64,000 nucleotides of DNA from positions 1 to 64,000 of IMG/VR virus record IMGVR_UViG_3300009506_000015; one strand, 5' to 3'. Under the pieces are notes generated by a model that worked only from the letters and a program-made list of their open reading frames with translations, did not search any database and had not been told where the DNA came from. The position numbers and the translations under genes were made by a program. This stretch comes from a virus. Below, in pieces: positions 27,073-36,389 of the stretch. Numbering within the stretch: position 1 is the stretch's first letter; every line of letters starts with the position of its first letter.

Positions 27073-27351
27073 CTAGATATCTGTACGTTCTAAGTACAGG
27101 CTCACGGACTTTATCTCTTTGCCAGACAAGTCCGTGGTTGTGGTCAGGACGACGTTCAGGTCGTCACGACCTTCCAATATTTCGCCAATAGCGACCAGCG
27201 CCGCAGCTAGGCCGGACTGTGCCAGGAATACGCCATCGTCGGCGTTGATGAAGATCACCGCTCCCTGGTCCACAGCGCCCGAATAGTGCGCCGGTTCTAT
27301 CAGCAGCGTGTCGTTGGTTGTGACTGAACGGATATAATGTGATTTTGGCAT
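27073..27351 (-). CDS. Hypothetical protein
   Basis: GGAGG RBS before MPKSHY. Confidence 0.55.
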   Translation of the reverse strand: MPKSHYIRSVTTNDTLLIEPAHYSGAVDQGAVIFINADDGVFLAQSGLAAALVAIGEILEGRDDLNVVLTTTTDLSGKEIKSVSLYLERTDI

Positions 27352-27476
27352 GTGTCCTCCGGTTCTGTCATATTTGACAGAACGCCCGACCGGCTCCCGT
27401 AGCCTGGTGCCAGGGTACGATGGTGCTGTCCTGTTCGGTCCCCACGCGGGATTGAACCGCGAGTCAGGCGCATCTG

Positions 27477-27986
27477 TCATTTGGGCGGCGCTAGTGCGGC
27501 AAGGCTATCCCGTACATACAGTTCGTGCAGGATAGGGTCTTGCTCGAGCGCCGCATCCGGGTCTACCACCTTGAACGCCCGAAAACAGATGGTACACAGC
27601 TTGTCGTCTGGGTCCAGGTCGTAGAGCGCCTTCCGTTCGAAGGCGTCGGCGTCGTACACAGCGGTTCTGCCGCACACCGGGATATCAGGATTGTCGGGGC
27701 GCGGCAGATGCCACGCGCCGTCTTTCCATCTGACGTGTCCGGCAACGCCGCCCTTATGTCTGAACATCCAGGTGGGCCTGTGCAGGATCAGGATAGGGCG
27801 GATAGGCCAGACCCAGCCGCCGTACTTCAGCACGTGCAGAAGCAGTTCTATCCTGCCCGCGATGGTCCAGTGCTCCTTGCCGACGACTCTGGACAGCGTG
27901 TCGTGGGCTTCCTTGATTTCCCATTCCAGGGACTTGTTTAAGTCCTCAAGGTAGTTCACTCGCTCCAGAAGTTCATCGTCCGTCAT
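27477..27986 (-). CDS. Hypothetical protein with putative Zn site
   Basis: AGGAGG RBS; WH...VCG...CTIC. Confidence 0.55.
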   Translation of the reverse strand: MTDDELLERVNYLEDLNKSLEWEIKEAHDTLSRVVGKEHWTIAGRIELLLHVLKYGGWVWPIRPILILHRPTWMFRHKGGVAGHVRWKDGAWHLPRPDNPDIPVCGRTAVYDADAFERKALYDLDPDDKLCTICFRAFKVVDPDAALEQDPILHELYVRDSLAALAPPK

Positions 27987-28003
27987 AGTTCACCTCCTTT
28001 GAA

Positions 28004-28098
28004 CTAGTCACGCCTACCCTTGCGGGTATCACCGACTCTACGGTGACTGGGATGTACGCCCGGCCCAAGTAGCGTACACCCCGCGCACGACTGACTAG
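28004..28098 (-). ncRNA. Candidate four-way-junction RNA element in an intergenic gap
   Basis: Closing CTAGTCA/TGACTAG plus three internal hairpins, one with a GCAA tetraloop on the minus strand. Confidence 0.4.
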
Positions 28099-28499
28099 CC
28101 TTTCTTCTCCGCCCAGCAGATGGAGTACCCTTCGCAATTCGGGTTGCACTCCTCCTTGGGCTTATCGGGCATGACGCCCTTGCCCACCAACCACGCGAGC
28201 AGCCGGTTGGACACCAGTTCGGCGTCCCGCACGATCTCGATGGCGGTTTCTGCGCCTGCTTCTGCGGCGGACCCTATCATGGCAGCCATCAGTGGGTTGC
28301 TTGCTATGATCATGTAGTGGGACATTTCTTCCTCGCTTGTCCCCGAGTCTGACATGAACTCGTAGGGGTCCAGACCTTCCAGGCTCACGCCGTTGATTTC
28401 GCCTACCGTCTCCTTGGGCGGTTCGGGAACCTTGAACTCGGTTGCCATAGGCGAGAACAACAGGCTCGAATACTGGTCTTCTGCTTTTGTTGCGCTCAT
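28095..28499 (-). CDS. Hypothetical protein
   Basis: AGGAGG RBS; degenerate promoter copy at 28518-28546. Confidence 0.55.
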   Translation of the reverse strand: MSATKAEDQYSSLLFSPMATEFKVPEPPKETVGEINGVSLEGLDPYEFMSDSGTSEEEMSHYMIIASNPLMAAMIGSAAEAGAETAIEIVRDAELVSNRLLAWLVGKGVMPDKPKEECNPNCEGYSICWAEKKG

Positions 28500-28586
28500 C
28501 GTACACCTCCTGTGTGCATTATAGCATAATTGGCTTGGGCCGCAACCATTGTCCCGGTGACTAGGGGGATTGCACCGGGACAATAG

Positions 28587-28826
28587 TCACTGTCCAGCGC
28601 CCTTGGTGGGCTTTGGGGCGTCCGCCGTGGCGTTCGCCCTGGTCGCTTCCGTGGTCGCTGCCGACGACGTCTGGGCGTCCTTGATCTTCGTGACTGCCGT
28701 CGAGCAGCTGCCGTCTGAGTCATCGCTGTAGCACGGTGGTCCGCCGGTACGTTCGCCGCACGCCGTGGTGGCGAGCAAGATCACGATGATGAAGACCAGG
28801 ATGGCGGCCTGGTTTCTAGTCTTCAT
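28587..28826 (-). CDS. Putative lipoprotein
   Basis: Signal peptide MKTRNQAAILVFIIVILLATTAC; ATGA-coupled. Confidence 0.55.
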   Translation of the reverse strand: MKTRNQAAILVFIIVILLATTACGERTGGPPCYSDDSDGSCSTAVTKIKDAQTSSAATTEATRANATADAPKPTKGAGQ

Positions 28827-29308
28827 CGTATCTTGCACGATACGGACGAGTACCGGACATCCGCTTGAGGTTCCACGTGACACTCGCACCCGTCTGGCAA
28901 CTTGTTGCCACGCATTTCCTCGGCGTCCAGTGCTATCAGGATGGAGTCTTCGCCCTTGTCCATGCGCCACGAAGCGGTACGCATGAACACGGTCTTGTAG
29001 GACCGTGGGTCTTGCACGTTCGCCGTCCACGTGATCGACCAGTTCAGGTTGTCCCGGTTGGCGATCTCATGCAGACGCCCACGGTGCTTTAGCGGCACGT
29101 GGAACAGGATAGTGCTGCCCCAGTAGTCAACCGATTCCGCTATGCCCAGCAGGTCTCCCAGCTTGTACTTTTTCAGCACTCGCTTCAGGTAGCGGATACT
29201 AGCCCGGTCAGTCTTGAGCTGCTGCTTGTGACTCTCAATCTTATTGGCGAGAATCACGTCCAGCAGTTCCAGGCCGCCAGTTCCAGTTGCTTCTAACTGA
29301 CTGTGCAT
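28823..29308 (-). CDS. Hypothetical protein
   Basis: AGGAGG RBS. Confidence 0.6.
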   Translation of the reverse strand: MHSQLEATGTGGLELLDVILANKIESHKQQLKTDRASIRYLKRVLKKYKLGDLLGIAESVDYWGSTILFHVPLKHRGRLHEIANRDNLNWSITWTANVQDPRSYKTVFMRTASWRMDKGEDSILIALDAEEMRGNKLPDGCECHVEPQADVRYSSVSCKIR

Positions 29309-29380
29309 TTGACACCTCCTCAGTGTTTTAGGCCGCCACCGCTGCCTGTATCACGTGCAGATACAGGCAATCGTGGATGT

Positions 29381-29563
29381 CTAAAGCTCGTCCAGTATAC
29401 GGATAAGGTACGCCTTATCATCGTCCGTGAACCACGCCGGTAGCTCGTCTGCGAACTCGGTACAGTAGTACGCTACTCGCTCGCTAGCCGGGATAGATGG
29501 ATCGTCGGAGCCTGAGTCTATCAGGATTGCCAGCTCCGTAAGCACAGCGCCCTTCTCGTCCAT
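29381..29563 (-). CDS. Small hypothetical protein
   Basis: GGAGG RBS before MDEKGA. Confidence 0.5.
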   Translation of the reverse strand: MDEKGAVLTELAILIDSGSDDPSIPASERVAYYCTEFADELPAWFTDDDKAYLIRILDEL

Positions 29564-29683
29564 AGCGGGTACACCTCCCTTCTGTTGGATAATGGACAAG
29601 TGACGTGGTAGGAGATTCCTACCACGATGAACCTGGCCACTATCGGGTACCGTAGTGGGATGCGGGATACACCTGGCGGGCAC

Positions 29684-29887
29684 TCACCAGCGGGACAGGA
29701 TACCTGGTCGTCCGATGGGATCTCTGCTCCGATACACGGCGCAGCTACCCCTCAGCGGGCAGACCTGGCACTTCTGACCTGGTCGTGTGCAGCCCCCGGC
29801 AGTCCTGACCAGGACGGGCGAGAGCTTGCCTTGAACCCTGCTAGCTGTGGGCATCGCTGGGCGATACCGACGTTTTGTCTTACTCAT
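29684..29887 (-). CDS. Small Cys-rich hypothetical protein
   Basis: GGAGG RBS; C..P..C..CPL...C. Confidence 0.4.
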   Translation of the reverse strand: MSKTKRRYRPAMPTASRVQGKLSPVLVRTAGGCTRPGQKCQVCPLRGSCAVYRSRDPIGRPGILSRW

Positions 29888-30074
29888 CTAGGATCACCTC
29901 CCCTCAAGGTTAGTCAATACGGCACGGCAGGGTAGAACGATTGTTCTACCCTAGCGTGCCGGGTTGACCAGACCCGGCTATTCAATTCGGCAGCGTTTGT
30001 TTAGCGGGGGCTGCCGCTCCCGCAACTATGACATTCTATTTTCGATCAAATGTTCTACCTCCAGTAGAATTGGG

Positions 30075-30105
30075 TGAGGGGTGAGACATCATTGTCTCAC
30101 CCCTC
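30075..30105 (-). terminator. GC-rich hairpin after the major early gene
   Basis: GAGGGGTGAGACA/TGTCTCACCCCTC. Confidence 0.55.
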
Positions 30106-30116
30106 GCGTCCGACCT

Positions 30117-30971
30117 TTAGGATTGGGGCCACCAATCCTTCCGGTGCCAGAACGAGCCGTAGTAGGTGCCCTCGTTCTTAGCGAAGAAGTCTTTGAGCGC
30201 TGCCTCGAGCATCTCTGCCGTTTTGCCCTCAGCGATTGTCCCGATGTCCTGCCCGTTCCTAGTAGCAGTCACTTTGTGGGTGCCGTTTTCCAGTGTATGG
30301 GTGTAACCATACTTTGAACCGCCCCCACCGCTACCGCTGTTGCGCGGTTTGCGGCTGCCACCGCCTGTCGTGAGGGTGATCTTCCCATCATCGGATATCT
30401 TGCATCCGACCTTGAGAATCTTGCGATCAACTCCCTCGTTTTTGGCCACGCCGTCCACGATGCTAAAGATATGGGCTTCCGCCAATCTCAGCATATCGGG
30501 TACTTTCGCTGCCGCCTTCGCGAGGTCACTGTCGATCTTGATCTTGTACTCAGCGCCCAGGATGTCCTCGTTCTCGACATCGGTGCCGATCTTGACCCAG
30601 CTTTTGGCCGCCCCGGAATATTCACAGGACGTCGGCAGTCCGGCTTCTTCGAGCAACTGGCGGAAGTAGGAGAGCGCGCCTGTATAGTCTGCAATCGACT
30701 TTTTCAGGCTCCTATTGCTCTTGAGTGCCTTGGCGATCACTGGGGCCGCGAGTTCCTGGAGGTCGGGCACGACCTCTTCAGGCTTTGCAGCCTTTTTGAA
30801 CACACTGGACATCGCCTGCACAGCCGTCCATGCATTGTCCCGTGCTGCGGACTCGGGCATCTTGAGGTCTGTGAATCTCTTCACGAGGTCTTCAAACGCC
30901 GTGAAGACCTCACCAGGTACCTCAAAACGTCCTGCGCTCACTTCTACCACATGCTTCTCATTCTCTGCCAT
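30117..30971 (-). CDS. Hypothetical early protein, Lys/Ala-rich with Gly-Ser linker
   Basis: GGAGG RBS before MAENEK. Confidence 0.65.
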   Translation of the reverse strand: MAENEKHVVEVSAGRFEVPGEVFTAFEDLVKRFTDLKMPESAARDNAWTAVQAMSSVFKKAAKPEEVVPDLQELAAPVIAKALKSNRSLKKSIADYTGALSYFRQLLEEAGLPTSCEYSGAAKSWVKIGTDVENEDILGAEYKIKIDSDLAKAAAKVPDMLRLAEAHIFSIVDGVAKNEGVDRKILKVGCKISDDGKITLTTGGGSRKPRNSGSGGGGSKYGYTHTLENGTHKVTATRNGQDIGTIAEGKTAEMLEAALKDFFAKNEGTYYGSFWHRKDWWPQS

Positions 30972-31010
30972 TGTAGTACACCTCCCTGAAGTTTGTAATA
31001 TCACCTGGCA

Positions 31011-31331
31011 TAGTGACATCTGCTAAAGCATAAGGCCCATTGTATCACCTCACGCCGGATGCTTGCAGACTACAATCTCGTGTCCCATTACCGGATCGAG
31101 ACTGTCAGTCATCCTATGATGCTTCGTGAAGAATTTAGGCGGAGCATCATACATGGTAGCATAGATGGGAAAACCGCACAGCGGGCAATAGATATACATC
31201 CCGCATAGCTGTAGACTGACATCCACTCGATTATATGTCATCTTATAGGTCACTGTGAATTTTATCCTAGGCTCAGCCATAATCACCCTCCCTCACATGG
31301 TAGTGACCTTATGCCCTAGCAGATGTCACTA
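31011..31331 (-). repeat. 25-bp inverted repeat pair enclosing ORF 31050-31286
   Basis: 31011-31035 vs 31307-31331; two differences, both G-U compatible on the minus strand. Confidence 0.85.
31050..31286 (-). CDS. Small Zn-finger-like early protein
   Basis: GGAGG RBS; CPLCG. Confidence 0.45.
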   Translation of the reverse strand: MIMAEPRIKFTVTYKMTYNRVDVSLQLCGMYIYCPLCGFPIYATMYDAPPKFFTKHHRMTDSLDPVMGHEIVVCKHPA

Positions 31332-31347
31332 ACTAACTAACTGTATA

Positions 31348-31657
31348 TCACTGCCACCTGGTCACTATATACAAGCGTTCCTATAATCAGTTTAACGTGA
31401 TGTCAGGCCAGATGGCCGCATCTAGTTTAATCTTCACTACCATACTGGACTCAAAGGCAATGTAGCCTTGTAGCATGGTAGCACCATATACCATATACTT
31501 GCCACTGGCGGATAACCTCAGCTTCCCTGTCATGCTAAAGCAGATGTCCCCAAACCTCTGAACCGTTACTGTCTTGCCCAGTAGATTGTTTAACTCCTCA
31601 GACATTGTACCCTCCTATGGTATGATACGCTTGTATACAGTGACCAGGCGCCAGTGA
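31348..31657 (-). repeat. 31-bp inverted repeat pair enclosing ORF 31387-31605
   Basis: 31348-31378 vs 31627-31657; three differences, two G-U compatible on the minus strand. Confidence 0.85.
31387..31605 (-). CDS. Small early hypothetical protein
   Basis: AGGAGG RBS. Confidence 0.55.
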   Translation of the reverse strand: MSEELNNLLGKTVTVQRFGDICFSMTGKLRLSASGKYMVYGATMLQGYIAFESSMVVKIKLDAAIWPDITLN

Positions 31658-32302
31658 CTACCCTACATTCAGTAGTTAGTGACGCCTTGTTTCCTTTTTC
31701 ACAATCTCCGGTCGGTTCCGGTCACGCGCCCAGCCGGAGGTGTGGCGTGGCGCGCTTGCTCCCGTGTCTTCTCATTCTATGATGCCAGTGACGCTCAGAT
31801 GCTATACGTACACACGGTCACTACTCGCAGCACAGCTTAGGATGCTATCGGGAGACTGCTATGTCAGGCTGACAAGGTAGAGCGAAAGTATCACGCGCCG
31901 CATCTAGTCTAGCAGACAAACCGCCCTGCCTACAGAGGTTCGCCCTCCACCGCGCTAATTCATGGGAGTTGTCTTTCACCGTGAGGTCAGGTCTAGGTAA
32001 GGCGTTACACCGTAGCGTTCCAGTGATACACTAGACGCGTCCGGCTGCCCGCACTCGAGTCGAAGCACATTCACGCGGCAGCGATTGCCTGTTGTCCGTT
32101 CCAGATGACTAACTTGCGTTTTCGCGTTCCCTATGCTGTTGTTAACGTTCCTTACTATCTATAGTATACCCCATTTTTCGGAGCGTAGGTAAACCTGTTT
32201 TCGACCACGCGGGCGGGGGTAGACCCTCACGTAAAAATTAGGGTAGTCAGGACTTTGATTGAGGTTAGTGGGGGGAGATTGTTAGGTCTCCCCCCGATGG
32301 GA

Positions 32303-32728
32303 TTACAAGAGGAATGGGAATCCGGGGGCACCTGTTCTATCGGTCAGGTGTTTCATGATTTGGGACATGAGTCGTTCTGGTGTATCTTCTTTATGGCGGA
32401 GGACCACGGGTTCTTGCCATATCCAGGCACCGTAGTTTGTTTTGCGTTTAGTTTGTTGTTCTATGGCGGCGTATTCTGTTTTGCTGATATCGTGGAACAG
32501 GTGTTTATAGGAATGTACCTGTCCTATATAGTAGGTTTCCACTGATTTCCAGCCATGGAAGCCGCCTCTGGCTACGGCCCAATGGGTATCGGGTTCGTAG
32601 TAGATGATAAATTCGGCATCGTTGCCATAAGAGTACCGCCAGAACTTTGGGTAAGGCGGGTCGAAGAAGGCGGTATTGAACTTGACGCCTTGTGCGCGTA
32701 TGATAGTTCCGACTTCCTGGGCGTTCAT
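32303..32728 (-). CDS. Hypothetical protein
   Basis: 141 aa ORF in the minus-strand gene run. Confidence 0.5.
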   Translation of the reverse strand: MNAQEVGTIIRAQGVKFNTAFFDPPYPKFWRYSYGNDAEFIIYYEPDTHWAVARGGFHGWKSVETYYIGQVHSYKHLFHDISKTEYAAIEQQTKRKTNYGAWIWQEPVVLRHKEDTPERLMSQIMKHLTDRTGAPGFPFLL

Positions 32729-32761
32729 GGTTGTTCTTCGATGTATTCTACCATAAGGTAT

Positions 32762-33013
32762 TTAATCGCTTTCATCATCCATATTCCCTTCGAGAATCAT
32801 TTGGGCGATAACGCGTTTTACGCCTTTATCGGCTATGTCGTTGGCTATGGTGGCGAGGACCGTGAGTTGGTCGATGTACCACTGTTGGTCGCCGTCATCC
32901 GTTTCAGCCGCGACGACGAGTCCCACCATACAGGACAGGATGCATTGTACGTCGTCGCGGCCAAACGTAGTAGCCAGGTATTTTAGCATGGTTAGCTTAT
33001 CTTCGCTGGTCAC
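32762..33013 (-). CDS. Hypothetical protein
   Basis: GTG start after G-rich RBS. Confidence 0.5.
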   Translation of the reverse strand: MTSEDKLTMLKYLATTFGRDDVQCILSCMVGLVVAAETDDGDQQWYIDQLTVLATIANDIADKGVKRVIAQMILEGNMDDESD

Positions 33014-33021
33014 TATACCCC

Positions 33022-33453
33022 CTATGCGTAGTAGGCGATTATGCCGAACTTGATTTCCACGTGTTTGGCGGCTTCGCCAATGGTGGCGATCTGTTGGGCA
33101 TAGTTCCGCTTGAAGTTCTGTACGGTGATGTCGCGTGTTTCTGCCGATATCGGGTAGTCGTCCCCGAAATTGACATGTACGCCACACGGGCTGTGGTTTC
33201 CGACGATAACCCAGTAGTCGGAATCGACGTTTTCGATCTGTGACAGAGATTCGTCGTCGCCCAGGACGTCGTACAGGGTAGCAGTACGTTCGCGTACTAC
33301 GGGTACGAGTTCCTTGCCGCACAGCGGACAGAACTTGTAGTTACTGTGGGTTGATCTCCCGCAGCCAGGGCACATATGTCCTGATTCATATTCGATTTTT
33401 GGCGGCGTTGCCGTGAGATAGGCTCCTACGAACACGTTTGCGTCTACACTCAT
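33022..33453 (-). CDS. Double Zn-ribbon protein
   Basis: CPGCG...FCPLCG. Confidence 0.6.
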   Translation of the reverse strand: MSVDANVFVGAYLTATPPKIEYESGHMCPGCGRSTHSNYKFCPLCGKELVPVVRERTATLYDVLGDDESLSQIENVDSDYWVIVGNHSPCGVHVNFGDDYPISAETRDITVQNFKRNYAQQIATIGEAAKHVEIKFGIIAYYA

Positions 33454-33689
33454 GATGTTACCGTCACTTCCAGCCATTCTATGGCGTCTGGCAAAGAACC
33501 GTCAGGGTTCTCTGGGTGGTACTCGGTATATCGCTGCACGGATATTGTAGCTTCTGGGATGTGTTCGTAGCGCATATACTCGAGCAACATTTGCCCGACC
33601 TCCATCGACAGAGTGCGTCGGGCATGTTCGTCTATTTCGGGCGTCGATGGTTGCCGTAGTGCGATACCTTGTCTCAGTTCGCGTATCAT
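33450..33689 (-). CDS. Hypothetical protein
   Basis: ATGA coupling at both ends. Confidence 0.5.
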   Translation of the reverse strand: MIRELRQGIALRQPSTPEIDEHARRTLSMEVGQMLLEYMRYEHIPEATISVQRYTEYHPENPDGSLPDAIEWLEVTVTS

Positions 33690-34057
33690 AGGTCTACGTC
33701 TCCCTGGCTGACGACGCCATCGTCTACCGTTAGGGTAGAAATGCTGTCTCCGCCTTCCCAGACGACCAAGGCTTCCAGGCGGCCCTTGCTACGGCGCAGG
33801 ATATCCAGAAAGTCATCCCAGGAATTGCCAGAACCGTCACTATAGGTTGTGATTTCCGTCACAGACAGAACGTTCATATCGTCCCTGCGACCCTGTAGTA
33901 TGTACCCCTCGGACAGGTTGGCGTCGAGTTGCCACACTCCGCCATTGAACAGGACCAGTCGTGCGTATTGCAGATGGTTACACGCCTCGAGCAGGTCGGC
34001 AATGGCGAACGTCAGGTTTTGCTTCTTGACTCGGAACGCTGTTATGTTATAGGACAT
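33686..34057 (-). CDS. Hypothetical protein
   Basis: MSYNI...VVWEGGDS; GAGGAG RBS. Confidence 0.55.
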   Translation of the reverse strand: MSYNITAFRVKKQNLTFAIADLLEACNHLQYARLVLFNGGVWQLDANLSEGYILQGRRDDMNVLSVTEITTYSDGSGNSWDDFLDILRRSKGRLEALVVWEGGDSISTLTVDDGVVSQGDVDL

Positions 34058-34058
34058 C

Positions 34059-34286
34059 TTATACATTCTCCTCATCTTGTAGGTTTTGTAACACGACACG
34101 CATGGCGTTATAGTGTGCGCCTTCGGCTGTGCCGACCATTTCGATCAGCTTTTCTGCCAGGGCGTCCACTTCCGCCACGAACTCTTCGATGATACGCACC
34201 CTGTCGTTGTTACAGTGGTAGCACATGTACGCCGTACCGCCACATTCAGGGCACGGGACTCCGCTTACCAGCATCTTTAGGGTCAT
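34059..34286 (-). CDS. Small Zn-finger protein
   Basis: CPECGG...CYHC; ATGA-coupled. Confidence 0.5.
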   Translation of the reverse strand: MTLKMLVSGVPCPECGGTAYMCYHCNNDRVRIIEEFVAEVDALAEKLIEMVGTAEGAHYNAMRVVLQNLQDEENV

Positions 34287-34720
34287 ATCAAATCGCCCAG
34301 ATACTCGAGTGCGGCTATCATGTGGTCGAACACGATGTCGGCGGCTTCCAGCACGAACGCGTGGCGGTGCGGGTTGTCTTCGGGCATCACCACGATGGTG
34401 TGCTTGTGCTGTCTGTAGGCCCAGGCGAGTTCCATCATGCAGCCGATACTGACCTTTTCCGCGCCGGTGAGGTCCACCAGGACGATGTTCGCCAGGCTCA
34501 CCATCCACGAATCACGTTCGATGATGGCGTGGTCCGTAGACGCGGGTATCTGGTAGCCCGTGGGCTTCAGTTCCTTTTCGGTGCGCAGGTACGACTTGCC
34601 GCGCATGGGCGACAGCACCATATAGCCGAGCAGTCGCAGTTGGTGTTCCAGAGTGTTAAAGTACGTCATCACGTCGTCGTAGGCCAGTCCGGTGATCGGG
34701 TGCGCCAGATAGACTATCAT
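34283..34720 (-). CDS. Nucleoside 2-deoxyribosyltransferase-family protein
   Basis: VYLAHPI, ERD, IVLVDL, SIGCMMELAWA. Confidence 0.8.
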   Translation of the reverse strand: MIVYLAHPITGLAYDDVMTYFNTLEHQLRLLGYMVLSPMRGKSYLRTEKELKPTGYQIPASTDHAIIERDSWMVSLANIVLVDLTGAEKVSIGCMMELAWAYRQHKHTIVVMPEDNPHRHAFVLEAADIVFDHMIAALEYLGDLI

Positions 34721-34774
34721 TTCATGCCTCCTGATTATAGGATAGCTGCCCAGTTCGCGCTGGGCAGCTATAGC

Positions 34775-35083
34775 TTACTTGAACGTCGAGATTAAGAGTT
34801 GTATGGCGTAGTAGTCCGGGTTCATCAACTGGCCTATAACGCACGCCAGGACGAATACGATTATGAACGCCAGGACGACTTCCAGAACTGCGGCCCAGAA
34901 CTTGTTTTCCCTATCCGACGTCCGTTTCCGGTACTCGTTCGTGAAGACGAATACGATTACGGCAAACCAGCCCCAGATTGAAAGCTGCAACGCCTGGACG
35001 AACACCTGCGCCCTATAGACGCCCCACACGACAGAACTTGCTTCCTTGACGAACTCCATGATCTGCTGGAATACTTCAGTCAT
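34775..35083 (-). CDS. Membrane protein
   Basis: Two TM segments, C-terminal NPDYYAI. Confidence 0.6.
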   Translation of the reverse strand: MTEVFQQIMEFVKEASSVVWGVYRAQVFVQALQLSIWGWFAVIVFVFTNEYRKRTSDRENKFWAAVLEVVLAFIIVFVLACVIGQLMNPDYYAIQLLISTFK

Positions 35084-35339
35084 CGCTTCCTCCTCCGAAG
35101 CACCATGCACTCACACCTTTCATGTAGAAGATGTAGCACAGGTTGTCACGCTTTGCGTCGTACATTTGGTACACCGATCCGGTAAGCCCGAAACTGCCGA
35201 TCTGCTGAATGTCCACCGACGCCGCGTCGGCCTTTTCAGGACCGCCTGGCACGGGCGTTGCGTGTCCGCACGTACCGGCGGACACGCCGATGAGCAGGAC
35301 GATAAGGATGGCTGCTAGGTATACGGTTTCATCTTTCAT
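35076..35339 (-). CDS. Secreted or lipoprotein-like protein
   Basis: Hydrophobic N-terminus followed by Cys. Confidence 0.5.
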   Translation of the reverse strand: MKDETVYLAAILIVLLIGVSAGTCGHATPVPGGPEKADAASVDIQQIGSFGLTGSVYQMYDAKRDNLCYIFYMKGVSAWCFGGGSDD

Positions 35340-35460
35340 CAGGAACGCTCCAGGCAGATACAAAAGAACCATAGCGCGAATGTGGTATATCTCACGCCAT
35401 CATAAAAGGCGTGATAAATCCCAATCAATCGGTCTATGCGTTCTCGGTAAATGCGCAACA

Positions 35461-35910
35461 TTAGTATACCGCCCCTATCAGTTCTGGCAATCCGCTTGAA
35501 CCGATGCTCTCCGTATAGTAGATGACCACGTCTGACTCTGTGATTTCGTGTTCGCATACCGTTACGCCTGACTCGTGGCATATGTCTGGTTCGGTCTTGA
35601 CGTAGTTATTCGCCTTTGAATCCGGTATGTCGAACGTGTACTTCTTGCCAGCGTCGGGCACGGGCAGGACGCCCTTGCCACCTGGGTTGAGCTGCGTGGC
35701 CGACTCCACTTGTATAGTCCACAACCACTTGCACCCACCGCTGTCACAGAACAGCTTTGCCGTTGTTAAGGTTCCCTTGACCTCGATGATCTGCGTGTCC
35801 ACGTACTTACCCTTGAAAGGCTGGGCGATAAGCGTGCCAAGTCCGACGACGATCAGTACGATAGCCACAACGACCATCCAGGTAATTAACGTCCTCTTTC
35901 CAGAATCCAT
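35461..35910 (-). CDS. Membrane-anchored exported protein
   Basis: N-terminal TM helix; AGAGG RBS; paired Cys. Confidence 0.55.
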   Translation of the reverse strand: MDSGKRTLITWMVVVAIVLIVVGLGTLIAQPFKGKYVDTQIIEVKGTLTTAKLFCDSGGCKWLWTIQVESATQLNPGGKGVLPVPDAGKKYTFDIPDSKANNYVKTEPDICHESGVTVCEHEITESDVVIYYTESIGSSGLPELIGAVY

Positions 35911-35920
35911 GTTTCCTCCT

Positions 35921-36106
35921 TTATTGACAGAATTCGCTGCATTGGCAGAACGGCGTGATAAGCGGGCATCCGCCCGGCTTGTTCGTTATCTCCCCGTTGG
36001 CGCACGTGGTCAGGTGTCGCAGTTCCCTGTCGGGCGCACACCCGCACGACGCCACCAAGAACAGCAGGACGACCAGCAGGACGATAAGAATCTTACCAGC
36101 CATCAC
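35921..36106 (-). CDS. Small Cys-rich lipoprotein-like protein
   Basis: Signal peptide ending LVASC. Confidence 0.45.
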   Translation of the reverse strand: MMAGKILIVLLVVLLFLVASCGCAPDRELRHLTTCANGEITNKPGGCPLITPFCQCSEFCQ

Positions 36107-36389
36107 GGTTCCACTCCCACTCGCTGATCACTTCCAGCACGTCGGCGTGAAGATGTTTTAGCAGTTCGTAGTCTTTCATGACTATAGAGCCGACGACTGC
36201 ATGGTGGAACAGGTTTACGGTGCTGGACCCCGGGCTTATGCCGTTGTCATACATCCACCGCAGGTAGGCCGCCGCCTTCTCCAAGACTTCGGCGCGGTAC
36301 TGCACCTGTTCTGCGAACGTCTTCTGCGCCCGCATGTCCATCACCGCCTGATACTCCTCGTCGTTCAGAGTTATTGTATGTAGCGGCAT
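36093..36389 (-). CDS. Hypothetical protein
   Basis: Abuts upstream stop. Confidence 0.5.
   Translation of the reverse strand: MPLHTITLNDEEYQAVMDMRAQKTFAEQVQYRAEVLEKAAAYLRWMYDNGISPGSSTVNLFHHAVVGSIVMKDYELLKHLHADVLEVISEWEWNRDGW

Noticed and set aside
31011-31830. CRISPR array or IS element
   Set aside because: Repeats are inverted and unequal, with no regular spacers, cas genes, transposase or evident target duplications
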